Part shown: positions 19,132 to 28,249 of the stretch, piece by piece | Position numbering within the stretch: position 1 is the first letter of the stretch | Layout: every line of letters begins with the position of its first letter | Notes under the pieces: generated by a model | The model's database searches: none | Told to the model about the DNA's origin: nothing | The model's input: the letters and a program-made list of their open reading frames with translations, nothing else | IMG/VR virus record: IMGVR_UViG_3300044712_000833 | Span: 1-64,000 of that record | DNA length: 64,000 bases | Source: a virus | Strand: one strand, 5' to 3' | Position numbers and translations under genes: made by a program

Positions 19132-20739
19132 TTGGCGACAAAAAGAAAAAACACAAAGAAGGAAACTGAAACTCCTTCAGAAGAAAAAATATTAATTTCT
19201 GAAAAAGAAGTATGGGATGTTCTCCAATTTGCAAACAACATCTATTCGGGAGTTTACCCTTCTATATGGACACCTGACCTAACAAATTCCAGATTTAAAG
19301 ACGTTACCCTTCAGCCAGTAGCCGCTACACTAGATAAAATAAATACAGCATTAGCTGACCCAAAACAAAACGAAGAAGTTTTAACTTCTTATTCTCAATG
19401 GTTGGAACTAAACTCTATAATGTATCGTAGAGTATTGCTTTACTATTCAGGACTTCTTTCCTTTGATTGGAATTACGTTTGTACGAATATAAAAGACGAA
19501 AAAGAATATAGGTCTAAAAAATATAAAGCTGACTTGGAAATTGTAAAAGATTTTTTTGATAAATTTAATGTCAAAGATTCTTTTTCTACGGCATTAAAAG
19601 AAATGTTAAGGAATGAAACGTTTTTTGGAGTTTTACGAGATGAAGGGGAAAAGTATGTTATTCAAGAGCTTCAAAGAACTTATTGTAAGTTAACAGGACG
19701 TTTTGATTATGGGTTACTTTATTCATTTAACATGAATGTTTTTCTTCAAGGCGGTATGAATATAGATATGTTTCCAAAAGTATTTAAAAGATTTTATAGA
19801 GATGCTTTTGTAAAAGGTAATCCTATAACATATAATCCATCTCTTCCTGTTGGATCAAGGGACTCTTCTTATGTGTATTGGGTGGACACAGACCCAAAAG
19901 ACGGATTCGTGGCTTTGAAGTTATTTCCAGAAATAGGAACTAACATAAGTTTTCTAGCGGCATTTATGCCCGATGCCGTGATTCAATCTTTCGTGAGATC
20001 GCTCCAACTAGATGTTAATATAGCAAAAGCCTCGAAAATCTTGGCAGGCGAAGTTCCTTTTTTGGATGCAAAGGCAAAAGTAAAAGATGCAATTGCCATT
20101 AGCCCCGATCTTCTCGGAAAATTCATGGCTTTGATTAAATCTTCTTTACCGTCTATGATAAAGGTAGCTTCTGCGCCACTTCAAAATCTTTCAGCGGTTG
20201 AATTTAATGGGGATAGTAATATGTATGATTCATACTTAATGAGTTCGTCAGCCGCGAGTGGTATTAACAGCAGACTTATTTACGCTAAAGATCGTCAAAA
20301 CATCCTTGAAACAAAATTAAGTATGGATATTGACCAAAACATCTTACGTCCAGTTTATCAACAGTTTGCAAATATTCTTGAATATTGGGTAAATCAAAGA
20401 ACAAAGCAATATAAATTTAAATTTATCTTTGAAGGCTTTAATACCGCAATAGATAGAGAAGAACGCTTAAATACAGTATTCAAATACGCTGACACAGGAA
20501 TTATTTTAGAACAAAAGTTTGCCTCTGCTATTGGGCTTAGTCCTTTTGATTTTAGAAGAATGATGGAAGAGTCAAAATCAAATGACTTTGTAAATAAGCT
20601 AACTCCTATTCTTAAAGCAAATCAAATGTCATCTAAAGACGCTGGTGCAGGTCGTCCTGCTAAATCGGATAAAGATTTAACTGAGGGTGGGTCTGAGGCT
20701 AGAGAATCTGGAAGCAACGACGAAAAAGGGGAAGAATAA
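19132..20739 (+). CDS. portal protein
   Basis: 535 aa after TerL; C-terminal AGRP; TTG start with AGGAGG. Confidence 0.75.
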   Translation: MATKRKNTKKETETPSEEKILISEKEVWDVLQFANNIYSGVYPSIWTPDLTNSRFKDVTLQPVAATLDKINTALADPKQNEEVLTSYSQWLELNSIMYRRVLLYYSGLLSFDWNYVCTNIKDEKEYRSKKYKADLEIVKDFFDKFNVKDSFSTALKEMLRNETFFGVLRDEGEKYVIQELQRTYCKLTGRFDYGLLYSFNMNVFLQGGMNIDMFPKVFKRFYRDAFVKGNPITYNPSLPVGSRDSSYVYWVDTDPKDGFVALKLFPEIGTNISFLAAFMPDAVIQSFVRSLQLDVNIAKASKILAGEVPFLDAKAKVKDAIAISPDLLGKFMALIKSSLPSMIKVASAPLQNLSAVEFNGDSNMYDSYLMSSSAASGINSRLIYAKDRQNILETKLSMDIDQNILRPVYQQFANILEYWVNQRTKQYKFKFIFEGFNTAIDREERLNTVFKYADTGIILEQKFASAIGLSPFDFRRMMEESKSNDFVNKLTPILKANQMSSKDAGAGRPAKSDKDLTEGGSEARESGSNDEKGEE

Positions 20740-20794
20740 TAAAATTACCAGTTTAAAAAATATATATCTGTAACTGGCAGATAAAAGGAGAGAA

Positions 20795-21559
20795 ATGTTT
20801 CGTAATAATATGATTGTATCAATCAAAAGTGATTCAAAGTTTTTTAGAGAAGAAAAAGATGTAGTTAAAATTTCATTTGGAACAGAATATAGTATTTACA
20901 TGAAGAACCAAAATGAGACAGACGCTTTAGTTTCAATTTTAATAGATGGAGAAGATGTTCTTTCTGGAAACAAAATTATTCTTAGGTCTAAATCTATTTT
21001 AGATTTAGAAGGATTCCTTGATGGAAGTCAAGTTAAAAATAAATTTAAGTTTATAGAAAGAATTTCAGAAATTGAAAGTCATAGAGGAATAAAACCCGAT
21101 GATGGAATAATTTCTATTTCTTTTACATATGAAAAAGAAAAACCAAAATATCAACCTTATGTTGTTTATTATCCTAAGTATGAATGGAAATATGTTCCAT
21201 ATACAATAACTTATACCGACTCAAATTCATTAATGGAAAAAAGTGTTTTGGGATCAGCAGGAGTATCTAATGATGTTTCTTGGACTTCCACCTACGCAAA
21301 TTATTCTAATTATATGACTAATTCGATGAATGAAAATGGAATAACCGTAAAAGGAAGTAATATTTCTCAAAACTTTGGATATGGTTGGTTAGGTGAAATG
21401 GAAGATGTTTCTACTACAATGTCTCTAAGATTGATTGGATTCAAGGACGAAACAAAAAACGTATTTACTTCAGATTTGACAGAATGTAAAATCTGTGGAT
21501 ATAAATCAAAAAAGAATTATAATTTTTGTCCTAAATGCGGGACAATAATAATAAAATAA
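20795..21559 (+). CDS. hypothetical protein with C-terminal zinc ribbon
   Basis: CKICG...FCPKCG. Confidence 0.7.
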   Translation: MFRNNMIVSIKSDSKFFREEKDVVKISFGTEYSIYMKNQNETDALVSILIDGEDVLSGNKIILRSKSILDLEGFLDGSQVKNKFKFIERISEIESHRGIKPDDGIISISFTYEKEKPKYQPYVVYYPKYEWKYVPYTITYTDSNSLMEKSVLGSAGVSNDVSWTSTYANYSNYMTNSMNENGITVKGSNISQNFGYGWLGEMEDVSTTMSLRLIGFKDETKNVFTSDLTECKICGYKSKKNYNFCPKCGTIIIK

Positions 21560-21670
21560 TAATTTTATCAATGATTTGAATATTGTCCTGACCAGACAGT
21601 ATTATTTCTTTATCTCATAGATAAATTCTTAATATCTATGTAAAATTAAGGTCATATAAGGAGAAACAAA

Positions 21671-22324
21671 ATGTCAGAACCAAGATTAACAGCACTACAA
21701 ATTAAGCAACTAAATAACATGAACGCCGCCGCTCAAAGAGCGGATTTGGGAACAAGACTAGATGAAATTCAATACGATGGTGTACCAGATGTTTCTGCTG
21801 GAACAGTTTTAGGAATGAATGTTATTTCATATTCTATAACTCCTGCTTTAGCCTCTACAACTGGTGTCCATGCGGCAATTACTCTTCCCACTAGCGGAAC
21901 AACTGTGGTAACTACTTCAATTACAAACCCTGACTTTCCTCGTCAAATTACAATCACAGGTAATGCCGCTGGAATTACAGGTAATGTCGTTATTGTTGGC
22001 ACAGATATTGCAGATGCGGCTCTCACTGAAACTCTCGTTGCTGTAGATAATACTACTGTAACATCAACTAAAGCGTTTAAAACTGTTACATCAATTACTG
22101 TCCCCACTCGAACAACCGCTGGTGATACAATATCTGTTGGAACTGGCGCAAAAGTTGGTTTCCCTGTCGCTATCCCTCAAACAACTCGCGTGTTAGCTAA
22201 GAATTTCAATGGATCAACTGACGCTGGAACTGTTACTGCGGGAGCAACTGCCCCATTGTCCGTATATGCCGCCGCTGGATCATTTGATGGTGCAAAAGTA
22301 CTTGAGCTAATTTTCATTGCTTAG
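21671..22324 (+). CDS. putative virion (head-associated) beta protein
   Basis: T/A/G-rich; in head module. Confidence 0.55.
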   Translation: MSEPRLTALQIKQLNNMNAAAQRADLGTRLDEIQYDGVPDVSAGTVLGMNVISYSITPALASTTGVHAAITLPTSGTTVVTTSITNPDFPRQITITGNAAGITGNVVIVGTDIADAALTETLVAVDNTTVTSTKAFKTVTSITVPTRTTAGDTISVGTGAKVGFPVAIPQTTRVLAKNFNGSTDAGTVTAGATAPLSVYAAAGSFDGAKVLELIFIA

Positions 22325-22341
22325 TGTGAAAGGTGGTAAAA

Positions 22342-22833
22342 ATGATACCACTTATTAGTGATTCATTAAAGGATTCTTTGGTACAACAAATCGCCGAAGA
22401 GAAGAAAAACGCTAATATCTATTTGTCTATAGCCTCTTACTTAAATGGTAAGGGGCTTTCTAATTTAGCAAAAAAATTCGAAGAACAGCATTCTGAAGAA
22501 ACAGAACATTCTTTAATTTTATATAAGTTGTTATCTGACTTATCTATTGTCTTTAACGTTCCTGCAATTGAATTATATGACATTTCTTCAATTGATAATA
22601 TTGTTTCTCTTGCTGAATTGTATCTTGACAGAGAGTATCAAACAACAGAATCTCTTGGGGAAATAAAGAAACAGTCGATGGATGAAGACAATTATGTTGT
22701 TGAAGAGCGAATTAGAGAAATGATAAAACTTCAACAAACAGAATATGCTGAAGCTACAGAGTTTTTGGATAGATCAAATCTTCTTAGAGAATGGTGGCAA
22801 GTGGCTTTATGGGATTCTTCACTGGGAGGTTAA
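22342..22833 (+). CDS. ferritin (non-heme, FtnA-like)
   Basis: QIAEE...Y.SIASYL...F..Q..EE.EH...E...T...Q..E ferroxidase pattern. Confidence 0.8.
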   Translation: MIPLISDSLKDSLVQQIAEEKKNANIYLSIASYLNGKGLSNLAKKFEEQHSEETEHSLILYKLLSDLSIVFNVPAIELYDISSIDNIVSLAELYLDREYQTTESLGEIKKQSMDEDNYVVEERIREMIKLQQTEYAEATEFLDRSNLLREWWQVALWDSSLGG

Positions 22834-22834
22834 T

Positions 22835-23008
22835 ATGGCTATTTATTCTGCTATACAACCGATTGCGGATTATCTTATAGGAAAAGACTTTGTTCCCGAT
22901 TCTTATGATTACAGATATTTTTATTTTACAGTTACCGAACAACTAACGGACGCATTAAGTAGTATGCCTTATTGGTATAGAAACTTATTTGCCCCACCTT
23001 GGGGGTAA
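22835..23008 (+). CDS. small protein, paralog of next gene
   Basis: IADYLI...YF..TEQL..AL..MPYWY; SD GGAGG. Confidence 0.6.
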   Translation: MAIYSAIQPIADYLIGKDFVPDSYDYRYFYFTVTEQLTDALSSMPYWYRNLFAPPWG

Positions 23009-23009
23009 T

Positions 23010-23219
23010 ATGTATGTAACAAATCCTCAAAAAATAGATAAATCAAAACTTTATGTTTGCAATGGAATAATTGCAAATTATTTGATATATGAAAAGCATT
23101 TACCATTATTCTCTCACGATAGGTCAGATGGAAAATGGTATTTTGCAAAAACAGAACAATTAGAAAAGGCAATTGAGGAATTACCCTTTTATTATAACGT
23201 GATTAAATTTATATGGTAA
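23010..23219 (+). CDS. small protein (DUF5659-like by position and motif)
   Basis: IANYLI...YFAKTEQLEKAI..LPFYY. Confidence 0.6.
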   Translation: MYVTNPQKIDKSKLYVCNGIIANYLIYEKHLPLFSHDRSDGKWYFAKTEQLEKAIEELPFYYNVIKFIW

Positions 23220-23225
23220 TTAGTA

Positions 23226-23254
23226 TTGACAGAAAATCTATTCTGTGATACAAT
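23226..23254 (+). promoter_or_regulatory. promoter of nuclease cassette
   Basis: TTGACA-N17-TACAAT with TG. Confidence 0.8.
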
Positions 23255-23259
23255 TATAC

Positions 23260-23353
23260 TAGATGGATAGGGTCGCTCCCGAAAAGCAGTAACTCTCAAC
23301 TGTTCTCCATCTATTTTATATTTAGTTGAGAAATTATTTGGAGAGAAGTAAAA
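23260..23353 (+). ncRNA. three-helix leader RNA, copy B
   Basis: P1 TAGATGGA/TCCATCTA, P2 GGG/CCC, GAAAAG, P3 CAGT/ACTG, loop CTCTCA vs GTTGAGA and GAGAG (SD). Confidence 0.75.
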
Positions 23354-24337
23354 ATGAGAAAAAGAACTGAAAAAGAAATAAAACAAGTTGTTGAAAATTT
23401 AGAGTATAGTTACATTAAAAGTTATCTGGGAAATAAGAATATTGTAAGGGTGATTATTCAAGATAAAAGAGGATACAAATATGATGTTGTGATTTATAGT
23501 ATTTTGCGTGGTCAAGGTATTAATTTTGTAGATAAAAGTAATCCTTTTTCCTTAGAAAATATTTCCCTATGGTTAAAGCTTAACAATAGTCAATTTGAAT
23601 TAGTTAAAGATAATGAATATATAAATGCCTTTTCAAAATTGAATTTGTATTGTAATGTATGTAAAGATTATCCAAAAATGAGTTGGAATAACGTTTTGGC
23701 AGGAATAGCCTGTGGTGTTTGTAAGGGATTTCAGGTGGGAAAACGTCACAATCTAGCTGCTCAAAGACCTGATATAGCAAAAGAATGGCATCCAGCAAAA
23801 AACGGAAGTTTGACCCCGCAAGATGTTACTCACGCATCCCATGAGAAAGCATGGTGGTTATGTCCAGACGGACACGAATATTTTTCAAGAATAAATTCTA
23901 GGACGAATTTGGGAAATGGGTGTAAAGTTTGTTCAGATGAGAGACAGGAATCTAAAATAGCCAATAGGTTAAAGTTCTATATTCTTAGCAAATATCATGC
24001 CAAAGAAGAATATAGAATATACAAAAATCCTGAAACAAATAGATGGCTTCCATATGATATTTATATTCCGTATGGTAGCAATCCTGAATTGAATGGATTT
24101 TATATAGAAATTCACGGCGAACAACACTATAAGATTTGTACTTGGCACAAATTAGTAGCCAATAGAAATAAAATAAGTCCAGAAGAAGAATTTAAATACC
24201 AGAAACGAAAAGATAGATTAAAAAAGAATTTTGCAAAGAAAAACGGAACCTACATAGAAATTGATCTTCGCAAGATAAAAATTGAACAAGATGCAATTGA
24301 ATATATAGAAAAAATTTTAGAGCAAACTCTCCTTTAA
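23354..24337 (+). CDS. free-standing Zn-finger plus Vsr-like endonuclease
   Basis: treble-clef repeat, ESK...YDIY...IEIHGEQHY. Confidence 0.8.
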   Translation: MRKRTEKEIKQVVENLEYSYIKSYLGNKNIVRVIIQDKRGYKYDVVIYSILRGQGINFVDKSNPFSLENISLWLKLNNSQFELVKDNEYINAFSKLNLYCNVCKDYPKMSWNNVLAGIACGVCKGFQVGKRHNLAAQRPDIAKEWHPAKNGSLTPQDVTHASHEKAWWLCPDGHEYFSRINSRTNLGNGCKVCSDERQESKIANRLKFYILSKYHAKEEYRIYKNPETNRWLPYDIYIPYGSNPELNGFYIEIHGEQHYKICTWHKLVANRNKISPEEEFKYQKRKDRLKKNFAKKNGTYIEIDLRKIKIEQDAIEYIEKILEQTLL

Positions 24338-24352
24338 TCAAGGAGAGTTTTT
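24324..24352 (+). terminator. terminator overlapping nuclease 3' end
   Basis: AAACTCTCCTT/AAGGAGAGTTT plus T. Confidence 0.65.
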
Positions 24353-24370
24353 GTTTGGAAGGGAGGTAAT

Positions 24371-26380
24371 TTGACTAAAAAATTAAACTTTGAAATTGAA
24401 AGTGCGGAAATAATTTCCGAAGAACCATCCTCTGAATTTGCAACAGCTAGAATCACAGCTTTTAGTGACGGGGTGAGTAGACATAACACTATTTGCGACG
24501 TAGAAGCACTTAAAAGAACAGCTCCAACAATATATGAAACCCCTCTTGTTTATGAATATGACAGTAGGTTTTCGGATTTCGGAACACACTCTGAAAAACC
24601 AGTAATTGCTGGATTTGTTGTTCCTAACTCTGCGGAGTTTTACGAGAGAAATGATGGAACAGGAAGAACGAGTTTAAGTGTGTTAACGAAGGTGTGGAAA
24701 CGTTATGCTCCTCAATTCATTAACATTTTTAAAAGAGATGGTACAAAAAAAAGATCGGTTTCAGTTGAGATGGAAGTTAGAGACTCTGAAGAAGAGGGAG
24801 AGTACTTGCGTCTTAAGGATTGGGTATATACTGCGATATGCGTATTAGGCGAAATGGTTACTCCCGCCTCCCCCGATGCTGAGTTAGAAATGCTTTCTTT
24901 TGCAGAGAAAAATAATCAAGAATACAAAGAAGCTTACGAGTTAGAGTTTGGTGGTCGTTACGATGATTTAAATTTTAAGATACCTTCTTCCGTTAAAAAC
25001 AATGCAAAACAAGGTCTTGAATTAAGAGAAAAATTTGGTAGAGGTGGGACATCTGTTGGACTTGCTTCAGCAAGATATTTAGTGAGAAATGATGTTGCAA
25101 CTCCTGAAAAAGTTAGGCATATTGCAAAATACTTTCCGCGCCATGCCGGGGACAATCTTGACGATAAAGAATCTAATGGTTGGATAGCGTGGTTACTCTG
25201 GGGTGGAGATGCTGGCAGAAAATGGTCTACTTCTCTTGTTAAACGAATGGATGAGTTAGACGAAAAGAAAATGTCCTATTTCGCAGAGGAGGAAGAAATG
25301 CCATATAAAAGCATAAAAGATGTTAATCCTGCTATAAAAGGTATTAGTCCAGAGCCTACTTTGTCACAAGCGAATCAGATAGCAAAAGAGGCTGATGCAA
25401 TTGGTTCTGATGAAGATAAAAATGGATGGGCGATTGCAATTGCAAACTTTAAAAAGACTCACGTTGTAAAAGACGGAAAGTGGATTAAAAAAGAAAAAGA
25501 GGAATTTGCAGAAGATAATTATCTTGGAATTGAAAACTTTTCATATAATTCTTCTCAAATCCTAGAAATTATTAATTCTTCACTTGGAGAACATAAGTGG
25601 GGAGACGGATTTAGAAAATATTGGGTAGAGTCATTTGATGAATCCTACGCATATATTCACGACAACGAAGATGATAAATATTATAGAGTACCATATCAAT
25701 TAGACGGGGGCGTTTGTTCCTGTGATTTGGAAAATAAAGAAAATGTTATAAGAGGAGGTTTTGAATTAGTTATGGCTAACCCTAACGAAGAAGACAAAAA
25801 ATTCAATTACGCCGAAGTTTTTGCAGATGAAAAATTCGCAGAAATGTTTGCCGAAGTTGAAGAAGATCAAGAAGAGGAAGAGAGAGAAGAGGGAGAAAAA
25901 GAATCATACGCCAAAGCCAAGGAAGAGTTTGGGATGGGTATGAATCCTTCTACTGTCATGTCTGCTATGTATTCGGCAATGAAGCGAATGGGTAAGAGAT
26001 TTGCTTCAATGAAAGAAAAAATGTCAGCTATGGAAAGAGACAAAGAAGTATATCTTGCTGAAAATGCCGATATGAAACAGCGTTTTGCAGATCAAGAAGC
26101 ACAGCAAAAGGAAATGGCTGTTGATGCTTTCATGAAAGAAATGGCTGAAAAGGTCGAAATGGCTGAAGAACAGGTTTCTGAAATGAAGGAAAAATCAAAA
26201 GAATATTCTTTTGAAAAAATTGAAGATTGGAAAAATCATGTAAAGGCTTTTTGCTTTGATTTTAAACCAAAGAAAAATCAAGAAGAAAATGAAGATAAAA
26301 CATTTAAATTCGGTCTTGGTTTTGAAGATATAAAAATCCCACAAACAGGTAATGTTTGGGATAAACTTGATACTAAATAA
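24371..26380 (+). CDS. prohead protease/scaffold polyprotein with inserted domains
   Basis: HNT...P.V...H...SVSVEM...ICVLG...PA; acidic coiled-coil C-terminus; ChaB-like segment. Confidence 0.75.
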   Translation: MTKKLNFEIESAEIISEEPSSEFATARITAFSDGVSRHNTICDVEALKRTAPTIYETPLVYEYDSRFSDFGTHSEKPVIAGFVVPNSAEFYERNDGTGRTSLSVLTKVWKRYAPQFINIFKRDGTKKRSVSVEMEVRDSEEEGEYLRLKDWVYTAICVLGEMVTPASPDAELEMLSFAEKNNQEYKEAYELEFGGRYDDLNFKIPSSVKNNAKQGLELREKFGRGGTSVGLASARYLVRNDVATPEKVRHIAKYFPRHAGDNLDDKESNGWIAWLLWGGDAGRKWSTSLVKRMDELDEKKMSYFAEEEEMPYKSIKDVNPAIKGISPEPTLSQANQIAKEADAIGSDEDKNGWAIAIANFKKTHVVKDGKWIKKEKEEFAEDNYLGIENFSYNSSQILEIINSSLGEHKWGDGFRKYWVESFDESYAYIHDNEDDKYYRVPYQLDGGVCSCDLENKENVIRGGFELVMANPNEEDKKFNYAEVFADEKFAEMFAEVEEDQEEEEREEGEKESYAKAKEEFGMGMNPSTVMSAMYSAMKRMGKRFASMKEKMSAMERDKEVYLAENADMKQRFADQEAQQKEMAVDAFMKEMAEKVEMAEEQVSEMKEKSKEYSFEKIEDWKNHVKAFCFDFKPKKNQEENEDKTFKFGLGFEDIKIPQTGNVWDKLDTK

Positions 26381-26402
26381 TTTATAGGAGGAATTTTTAA
26401 TT

Positions 26403-26942
26403 ATGGCACAAAATATTTTAATCCCCAACGCAATTGCCGCGCAAAACGTGGATGCTTGGAATCGTTCTGCCGTTGCCGCTACTAATGTAGATAACGGTAA
26501 CATTGTAATTTTGTCGGCTCTCTCTTCAACTGCTGGTGAAGGTGAAGTTTGGACAGCACTTACTCCTTCAACCTCAAATGGTTTGACTGGGGTATGGATG
26601 GTTTATCAGCCCGAACTTGTGGAAACCGCTGAGAAGTATCGTGGTCTTGATCCTGATCCTCGTAACTTCTACGTTCCTGACGGTAAGGTGTTTAGTTGCT
26701 TTAAACCTCAACTGGGCGATATTGTGACTATGACCGACGATGGTATTGCTGGAACAAAATCAACAAATACTTTTGCTAACGCTACCGATTCAACAGGCGG
26801 CTTAAAACCGGTTTGGGGTGCTTCACAAACCTCAAGCGTTTTCTCAATGAAACTCATTGAAACTACTTACATCTCTATTGGTTCGGGTGCTATTGACTCT
26901 CAACGTGTCACAGCCTATAAGTTCCAAGTTGTAGGTCTTTAA
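26403..26942 (+). CDS. head decoration/cement protein
   Basis: position between scaffold and capsid; VDNG motif. Confidence 0.6.
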   Translation: MAQNILIPNAIAAQNVDAWNRSAVAATNVDNGNIVILSALSSTAGEGEVWTALTPSTSNGLTGVWMVYQPELVETAEKYRGLDPDPRNFYVPDGKVFSCFKPQLGDIVTMTDDGIAGTKSTNTFANATDSTGGLKPVWGASQTSSVFSMKLIETTYISIGSGAIDSQRVTAYKFQVVGL

Positions 26943-26973
26943 TTTTAAGATTTAGGAGGATATAAAAATAATT

Positions 26974-28116
26974 ATGGCTATTACTCATAAAGCACCTAGT
27001 AATGTTATTGCTTTCGCGGGTGGCGAAGCGAATCTTGGCGTGTACGAAGCCTTTGCTGATTACTGGAATCAGTATCAATCAGAAATGCTAAACAAGAAAG
27101 GTCTTTTCTATCATCAGACTCGTAATGTTGATGGTAAGGTTGTGCCTTTCTCTTTGGCTGAAAAAGAACAAGTTATTAATCAAGCTTTAAAGAAAGAAAT
27201 TCTTCGTAAGGCTGGTATTTCTAATATCAATGACTTCCCTCTTGAAACTTGGGCTGGTCATCCCGTTCTTAATTGGGCGGCTTTCGCGGTTGTGACGAGC
27301 ATGATTGATATGATCCTGCCTCAAACCCTTATTGAAACAATCGGTCTTTACACTGAAGTCAAAACAATCGGTTGGGGCGACTCCGCCGCTTTCGATGTGA
27401 AACCAAGAGACCTTTTCGCTGTTTCTAAGGTTGGTCGTGGTAAGAGACAAACTGAACTTAAGAAACAATATAACGGTCAGGTGGTTCTTAATCCTGAACC
27501 TCGTCAGCTTGCTGTTTCTGTAAGCCTCTATCGTGTTTTGGCTGGTCAAGAGTCTCTTGCTGATTTCACAATGAAGGCTGTTCGTTCAATTGAAACTCAG
27601 ATGACATATGATGCGTATGACGCATTTGCCAGTGCAATGAATGCAATTGATAATACTGCATCAACTGGCTTGAGAGTTAGTGGTTATAGTCAGGCTGATT
27701 TTGTTAGACTTTCACAGACTGTAAGTGCATGGAACGGAGGAGCCAAACCCATTGCAATAGGTACTATGGCGGCTCTTTCCAATGTATTGCCTTCAGACGC
27801 AAATTATCGTTATACTTTGGAAGACGACTATGTGAAGCTTGGTTACATTCGTAATTTCCAAAATACAGACGTTATGGTTCTTCCTCAATTGGCGGACTAC
27901 ACTACTCCTTTTGGTTTGAAACTTGCTGATAATCGTATTTGGATCATCACTCCCTCAACCAATAAAATTGTTAAGGCTGTTCTCGAAGGCTCTACTCTCG
28001 CTTATACTGATGGTGTTTATCAGAACGCAAACCTGATGCAAAACGCCAATATCCAGAAGTCATGGGCGGTTGGAATCGCCACAAATTCGGTGGGAGCCAC
28101 GATAGAACTTTCGTAG
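26974..28116 (+). CDS. major capsid protein
   Basis: 380 aa, strong SD, position in head module. Confidence 0.8.
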   Translation: MAITHKAPSNVIAFAGGEANLGVYEAFADYWNQYQSEMLNKKGLFYHQTRNVDGKVVPFSLAEKEQVINQALKKEILRKAGISNINDFPLETWAGHPVLNWAAFAVVTSMIDMILPQTLIETIGLYTEVKTIGWGDSAAFDVKPRDLFAVSKVGRGKRQTELKKQYNGQVVLNPEPRQLAVSVSLYRVLAGQESLADFTMKAVRSIETQMTYDAYDAFASAMNAIDNTASTGLRVSGYSQADFVRLSQTVSAWNGGAKPIAIGTMAALSNVLPSDANYRYTLEDDYVKLGYIRNFQNTDVMVLPQLADYTTPFGLKLADNRIWIITPSTNKIVKAVLEGSTLAYTDGVYQNANLMQNANIQKSWAVGIATNSVGATIELS

Positions 28117-28124
28117 TTTTACCC

Positions 28125-28153
28125 TTGACAAAATTCTAGTTTTGTGGTAAAAT
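28125..28153 (+). promoter_or_regulatory. promoter of nuclease cassette
   Basis: TTGACA-N17-TAAAAT with TG. Confidence 0.8.
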
Positions 28154-28158
28154 AAAAT

Positions 28159-28249
28159 ATTGAACGGATAGGTTATCGAGACTGAAAAGCGTAATCCCTA
28201 ACGCCTGCCGTTCAATTATTTATTTAGGGAATTATTATAAGGGAAAATA
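28159..28249 (+). ncRNA. three-helix leader RNA, copy C
   Basis: P1 ATTGAACGG/CCGTTCAAT, GATAG, TGAAAAG, loop AATCCCTA vs TAGGGA and AAGGGA (SD). Confidence 0.75.
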
